NCBI GenBank assembly: GCA_963700635.1 | Contig: CAVOYH010000004.1 | Span: forward strand, 800,001 to 864,000 | Reading direction: 5' to 3' | Length of the DNA: 64,000 nt | Origin: an uncultured Bacteroidota bacterium | GTDB lineage: Bacteria; Bacteroidota; Ignavibacteria; UBA10030; UBA6906 | Shown here: in pieces, positions 59,676 through 64,000 of the stretch | Position numbering within the stretch: position 1 is the first letter of the stretch | How the letters are laid out: each line of letters opens with the position of its first letter | The notes under the pieces: model-generated | What the model was told of the DNA's origin: nothing | What the model saw: only the letters and a program-made list of their open reading frames with translations | Databases searched by the model: none | Translations under genes and position numbers: made by a program

Positions 59676-59738
59676 AATATACATTCATACCGACTGATTT
59701 GCAAGGTTATTGACATTCGGACGATTGGTGGATATATT
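59676..59738. promoter_or_regulatory. back-to-back divergent promoters
   Basis: Minus strand: TTGCAA-N17-TATATT (59704-59676). Plus strand: TTGACA-N17-TATATT (59710-59738), 7 nt before ATG59746. Confidence 0.65.
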
Positions 59739-59745
59739 TCACTCT

Positions 59746-60459
59746 ATGGATTTTAAGGCGCACACAGTAATCGTGACAGGCGGGCGGGGAGCGCTGGGAA
59801 GTGAAGTGGTCCGTCTTTTTCTAAGCGCCGGTGCCCGAGTCGCCATTCCGGTGCGTCCTGGCAGCAGAGTGACGGAGCAGAGCACCGTTCCGCTGACGGA
59901 GAGCATGGTCCCCTTCGAATGGGAATGTGATGTGGCCAATGAGCGTGATGTCGGCGGTTTTGTTGCGGCCGTGAGAAGGACGTACGGAGACCCGGATATT
60001 CTGGTTCATGCCGCAGGGGGGTATACGGGGGGGAAGCGGGTCGATGAGACAACGGCCGATCTCTGGGACAACATGCTCTCCCTGAATCTCCGCTCCGCTT
60101 TTCTTTTTGTCAGGGAAGTTCTTCCTCCGATGAGGGAGAGGGGAGCCGGGAGGATCGTGTTCATTTCGGCGATCACGGCGTTGCGTCCGTCAGCCCTGAA
60201 CGCGGCCTATGCGGTTTCCAAAAGGGGAATTCTGACTCTGATGGAAGTGGTAGCAGAGGAAGTCAAAGGTACGGGTGTCACGGCGAATGCGGTGGCCCCG
60301 TCAATTATGGATACGCCGGCAAATCGCGCGGCGATGCCGAAAGCCGATACGGGACGCTGGCTGACCACCGCGGAGGTCGCCGCGACTGTCCTTTACCTTT
60401 GCTCTCAGGATGCGCGGGGAATTAACGGTGCCACGATCCCCCTCCGCGGGGGATTGTAA
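59746..60459 (+). CDS. short-chain dehydrogenase/reductase
   Basis: Motifs VTGGRGALG, YAVSK (YxxxK), NAVAPS-MDT and G--IP. Confidence 0.93.
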   Translation: MDFKAHTVIVTGGRGALGSEVVRLFLSAGARVAIPVRPGSRVTEQSTVPLTESMVPFEWECDVANERDVGGFVAAVRRTYGDPDILVHAAGGYTGGKRVDETTADLWDNMLSLNLRSAFLFVREVLPPMRERGAGRIVFISAITALRPSALNAAYAVSKRGILTLMEVVAEEVKGTGVTANAVAPSIMDTPANRAAMPKADTGRWLTTAEVAATVLYLCSQDARGINGATIPLRGGL

Positions 60460-60481
60460 CAAGCGAAAGACGACGATGGAT

Positions 60482-60940
60482 ATGTCATTACAGGAACGGA
60501 TTCGCGGCGATCTGAAAGCCGCAATGAAGAGCGGTGACACGCTCCGCCTCGAAACATTACGGTCCATCAGGGCCGCTCTCCTGGAGAAGGAAATCCAGCA
60601 CCGGGGCGGGGAGAGCCCGATGAGCCCGGAAGACGAGATCGGGGTGCTTCTGAGCGCAGCCAAACGCCGTAAGGAATCCGTCGAACAGTTTGCAAAAGGC
60701 GGCCGCCAGGATCTGGTGGAGCAGGAATCAAAGGAGCTTGCAATTATCCGGGAGTACCTTCCGAAGCAAATGGACCATGATGAGATCCGGGGAATAGTCC
60801 AGGGTATCATAACAGAATCCGGGGCACAGACAGCAGGGGATTTCGCAAAGGTCATGCCGGTTGTTATGAGGCAGCTCAAAGGAAAGGCGGACGGAAAAGT
60901 AGTCCAGGAACTCGTGAAGGAGCTTCTTGCCCGGACATGA
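60482..60940 (+). CDS. yqeY: GatB/YqeY domain protein
   Basis: Motifs DLKAAMKS, KRRKESVEQF--GGR-DL, YLPKQ and GKADGK. Confidence 0.93.
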   Translation: MSLQERIRGDLKAAMKSGDTLRLETLRSIRAALLEKEIQHRGGESPMSPEDEIGVLLSAAKRRKESVEQFAKGGRQDLVEQESKELAIIREYLPKQMDHDEIRGIVQGIITESGAQTAGDFAKVMPVVMRQLKGKADGKVVQELVKELLART

Positions 60941-60944
60941 CCGC

Positions 60945-63323
60945 ATGACGCCATTTGATACAGCCTCGGAAAAGCTCGAAATGGCGAAAGTCCGGCAGCG
61001 AATTCTCCGCTACGCCTTCTCAGAAGCGGGCAAGGAGCTGCTGGAGAACAACAGTCCGGTCCTGACAGATCCGGACGCAATTCGCTTTGCACTCGGCCAG
61101 GTCAGTGCGATGAAGCGCCTTCTCGAGGTGGACGAGGAGCTTCCGCTTGAGGGGATTTACGCCGTGCGGCCCGCGATCCAGAAGGCAGGCGTGGAAGGGA
61201 GTGTGCTCTCCTCCCGGGATCTGGCCTGCGTGGGCAGCACGTTACGCGCTGCGCGGATCCTCCGGACAACACTGCAGAAGCGCAGGGATGCCCATCCCGA
61301 TGTCTGGCGTATTGCCGAAGACCTTCCCACCGACAAGGTCCTTGAGTACAATATCAACCAGGCGATTGATGAAACAGGCGCCGTGCGGGCTTCGGCCTCG
61401 CGTGAACTGCAGACGATTCGCCGTTCCATTGCCGACCGCTCCGATGAATTGCGGAAACGACTGGAATCCATCCTCCGCACGGTGGCGGACCTCGGATTCA
61501 GCCAGGATGAAATCATCACGACCCGAGAGGGACGTATGGTGCTCCCGGTTAAGGTCGAACACAAGAAACATGTTCCCGGATTTATCCACAGCGCCTCGGC
61601 GAGCGGGGCGACCGTTTTTATCGAGCCGACGGAGACTCTCGAACTCAACAATGATATCCGGAGCCTGCACTTCCAGGAACAGCGTGAAATTGAACGCATT
61701 CTGCGCGAACTCACGGTGGCAGTAGGTGAGCAACGGCCCGCGCTTTTACGCATGGCTGAGCTGCTGGCATCACTGGATGCACTTCAGGCGAAAGCAAAGT
61801 ACTCGATAGAAATCCTGGGTGTGGAACCGCGGATTGTAGAACAAGGAGGTATTCATCTCCGGGAAGCGCGTCATCCGCTGCTGCTGGCACATCACGGGAG
61901 GCAGGGAACAGTACCGCAGGACCTGGACATCGGTGAAGCCTTCACGACGCTCGTGATCAGCGGTCCGAATGCCGGCGGAAAGAGCGTGACGTTAAAATGT
62001 ATCGGTGTTCTGGCTCTTATGACGCAGTCGGGACTTCACATTCCCGCGAGCGAGGATGCCACGATGAGGGTCTTCCGGTCGATCTTTGTGGATATCGGTG
62101 ACGAGCAATCCATTGAGAGCGACCTGAGCACATTCAGCTCCCATCTGGCAAACATCAAAACCATCGTCCAGGGAGCTGACGCGCACAGTCTGGTGCTGAT
62201 TGACGAAATCGGGACAGGCACGGACCCTGCCGAGGGGGGCGCCCTGGCGGCCGTTGTCCTCGAACATCTGACTTCCCGAAAAGCCCTGACGATCGCCACC
62301 ACGCACCATGGCGCACTCAAGGTCTTTGCCCATGAGACCGAGGGAATTGAAAACGGGGCGATGGAGTTTAATCCGGAAAACCTCTCACCGACATACCGGT
62401 TTCGGTCCGGTGTGCCGGGGAGCAGCTATGCCCTGGAGATGGCCGGCCGGCTTGGTTTTCCCGCGAAGCTGATGGAGCGGGCGCGGATGCTTCTCGGCGG
62501 CCAGCATATGCGGCTGGATGCGCTTCTCCTGGAACTCGAGGCCTCTGCACAGAACCATCGAAGCACTACGGAAGAACTGCGCACTGCACACGCCCGGGCG
62601 GAGCAGCTGGCGCAGGATTATGCCGCCCGCATGCAAACGCTCACAAACGAAACACGCGAAATTAAGCGGAAAGCGGTCGAGGAGGCCCGCTCGCTTGTGG
62701 AGCAGGCCAATGCAGTGATCGAACGATCGGTGAGAGAAATCCGCGAACAGAATGCGGACAAAGCGGTGGTACGGACTGCGCGCGAAGAAGTCAGCAAGCT
62801 CCGCGCTGTGGTTCAGGAATCCGAGCGGGAAACGGAGCCCGCAGCTCGTGAGGATGCCCTGCCGGCCGGATCGCTCGCCCCCGGTTCAACCGTAACACTC
62901 CAGGACAAAACGGAGACCGGTGAGATCGCCGAACTTTCTCCGGATGGCAAGACCGCGACAGTGGTCTTTGGGAGCGTGAAGATGCGCGTGCCGGTAACAG
63001 AACTCCGCGCAACCAGGAAACGGCCGGCATCACGCCCCGTCTCCCGTCAGATGGTTCCCGACCGCCCGGATGAAGTCCCGCGCGAGCTTGACCTGCGGGG
63101 GATGACGGGGGACGAAGCGCTCCCGCTTGTCGACAAATTTATTGATGATGCAATCCTGGCTGGACTGCACCGCATCGACATCATTCACGGAAAAGGGACC
63201 GGTGCGTTGCGGCGAAAAGTCACGGATTTTCTCTCAACCCATCCGCGCATACATTCCTTCCGCCTTGGCGAGTGGAACGAGGGTGGTGTGGGCGCAACCG
63301 TTGTTGAACTCTCGGAGCTCTGA
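60945..63323 (+). CDS. mutS2: endonuclease MutS2 (with Smr domain)
   Basis: Motifs SASGATVFIEP, ISGPNAGGKS, DIGDEQSIE--LSTFSSH, DEIGTGTDP and TTH; Smr domain LDLRG...IIHGKGTG. Confidence 0.96.
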   Translation: MTPFDTASEKLEMAKVRQRILRYAFSEAGKELLENNSPVLTDPDAIRFALGQVSAMKRLLEVDEELPLEGIYAVRPAIQKAGVEGSVLSSRDLACVGSTLRAARILRTTLQKRRDAHPDVWRIAEDLPTDKVLEYNINQAIDETGAVRASASRELQTIRRSIADRSDELRKRLESILRTVADLGFSQDEIITTREGRMVLPVKVEHKKHVPGFIHSASASGATVFIEPTETLELNNDIRSLHFQEQREIERILRELTVAVGEQRPALLRMAELLASLDALQAKAKYSIEILGVEPRIVEQGGIHLREARHPLLLAHHGRQGTVPQDLDIGEAFTTLVISGPNAGGKSVTLKCIGVLALMTQSGLHIPASEDATMRVFRSIFVDIGDEQSIESDLSTFSSHLANIKTIVQGADAHSLVLIDEIGTGTDPAEGGALAAVVLEHLTSRKALTIATTHHGALKVFAHETEGIENGAMEFNPENLSPTYRFRSGVPGSSYALEMAGRLGFPAKLMERARMLLGGQHMRLDALLLELEASAQNHRSTTEELRTAHARAEQLAQDYAARMQTLTNETREIKRKAVEEARSLVEQANAVIERSVREIREQNADKAVVRTAREEVSKLRAVVQESERETEPAAREDALPAGSLAPGSTVTLQDKTETGEIAELSPDGKTATVVFGSVKMRVPVTELRATRKRPASRPVSRQMVPDRPDEVPRELDLRGMTGDEALPLVDKFIDDAILAGLHRIDIIHGKGTGALRRKVTDFLSTHPRIHSFRLGEWNEGGVGATVVELSEL

Positions 63324-63325
63324 CG

Positions 63326-64000
63326 ATGCCCGTACCGATCCGATCCGTACTCGTGGCGAACCGGGGGGAGATTGCCGTCCGGATTATCCGCACCTGCAGG
63401 GAAGCCGGCATCCGGTCGGTCGCCGTGTTTTCCGATGCGGACAGGGTCATGCCGCACGTCAGGATGGCCGATGAGGCGTATCGTCTGGGTCCGCCCCCGT
63501 CCCGGGAAAGTTATCTGCTCATGGATCGTATTCTGGACATTGCACGCTCATCGCACGTTGACGCAATCCATCCGGGATATGGCTTTCTTTCCGAGAACGC
63601 CGTGTTCGCGCAGAAGGTCGCGGAGGCCGGATTTCGCTGGGTCGGACCGCCTGCCTCTGCAATCCGGGCCATGGGCGACAAGACCGCGGCCCGGGCGCTG
63701 GTGCAAAAAGCCGGAGTGCCGATCATTCCCGGGACAGACGGACCGATCCAGGATGTGGAGGAAGCACAACGCTTCTGCGCGCGTGCGGGATTCCCGGTGC
63801 TCATCAAGGCCGCGGCTGGAGGAGGAGGGAAAGGGATGCGGATAGCGCGTACACCCGACGAACTTCCGTCACTCCTCGAACAGGCACAATCGGAGGCGCG
63901 CTCGGCCTTCGGAGATGCGCGCGTGTATATCGAACGGTATCTGGAAGAGCCACGCCATATTGAATTCCAGATTCTGGCCGATGAGGCGGGAAATGTTGTC
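63326..64000 (+). CDS. accC: biotin carboxylase subunit (acetyl/propionyl/methylcrotonyl-CoA carboxylase), 3'-truncated by window edge
   Basis: Read directly from ATG63326: VLVANRGEIAVRIIR, IHPGYGFLSEN, MGDK, KAAAGGGGKGMR and RHIEFQILAD. Confidence 0.9.
   Translation, partial: MPVPIRSVLVANRGEIAVRIIRTCREAGIRSVAVFSDADRVMPHVRMADEAYRLGPPPSRESYLLMDRILDIARSSHVDAIHPGYGFLSENAVFAQKVAEAGFRWVGPPASAIRAMGDKTAARALVQKAGVPIIPGTDGPIQDVEEAQRFCARAGFPVLIKAAAGGGGKGMRIARTPDELPSLLEQAQSEARSAFGDARVYIERYLEEPRHIEFQILADEAGNVV

Noticed and set aside
1-64000. Mobile elements, prophage, defence systems, tRNA/rRNA, selenocysteine recoding
   Set aside because: I recognised no integrase, transposase, phage, nuclease-defence or structural RNA signatures, and no in-frame TGA splitting a recognisable domain. 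A covariance-model search would be needed to exclude small RNAs.

Overview
This is a gene-dense, moderately GC-rich chromosomal window made almost entirely of core genes. Gene content and order suggest an FCB-group bacterium, most likely Ignavibacteria/Chlorobi-like; that placement is an inference. From left to right it holds: the end of a methylmalonyl-CoA mutase gene; a frameshifted DUF362 gene and an EamA transporter; acyP-ispF-dedA-PAP2-lnt-ltaE; the rimP-nusA-infB-rbfA-truB-ribF-rpsO-pnp operon; and bshC. Next comes a ~15 kb respiratory supercluster: alternative complex III actA-B-C-DE-F, extra c-type cytochromes, SCO, an A2-type heme-copper oxidase and heme O synthase. After that are a nucleoside salvage operon (cdd-tdk-nupC-punA), PASTA-rpe, Lrp-glnA, a hydratase and apt, a TetR-TolC-MFP-RND pump, tryptophanase, a run of poorly characterised metal/redox genes, a beta-propeller plus M28-PDZ peptidase pair, and SDR-yqeY-mutS2-accC. 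I saw no rRNA, tRNA, CRISPR array, integrase or transposase. The best candidate for novelty is the respiratory cluster: a translationally coupled twin-arginine microprotein between actA and actB, an intact FS0-type Cys motif in ActB, and two unusual cytochromes. Also notable are several apparently leaderless genes behind canonical promoters, an Lrp-glnA operon with a palindromic operator, and an 18-bp tandem repeat in the nusA tail. All product calls come from motif recognition by eye, not from database searches.
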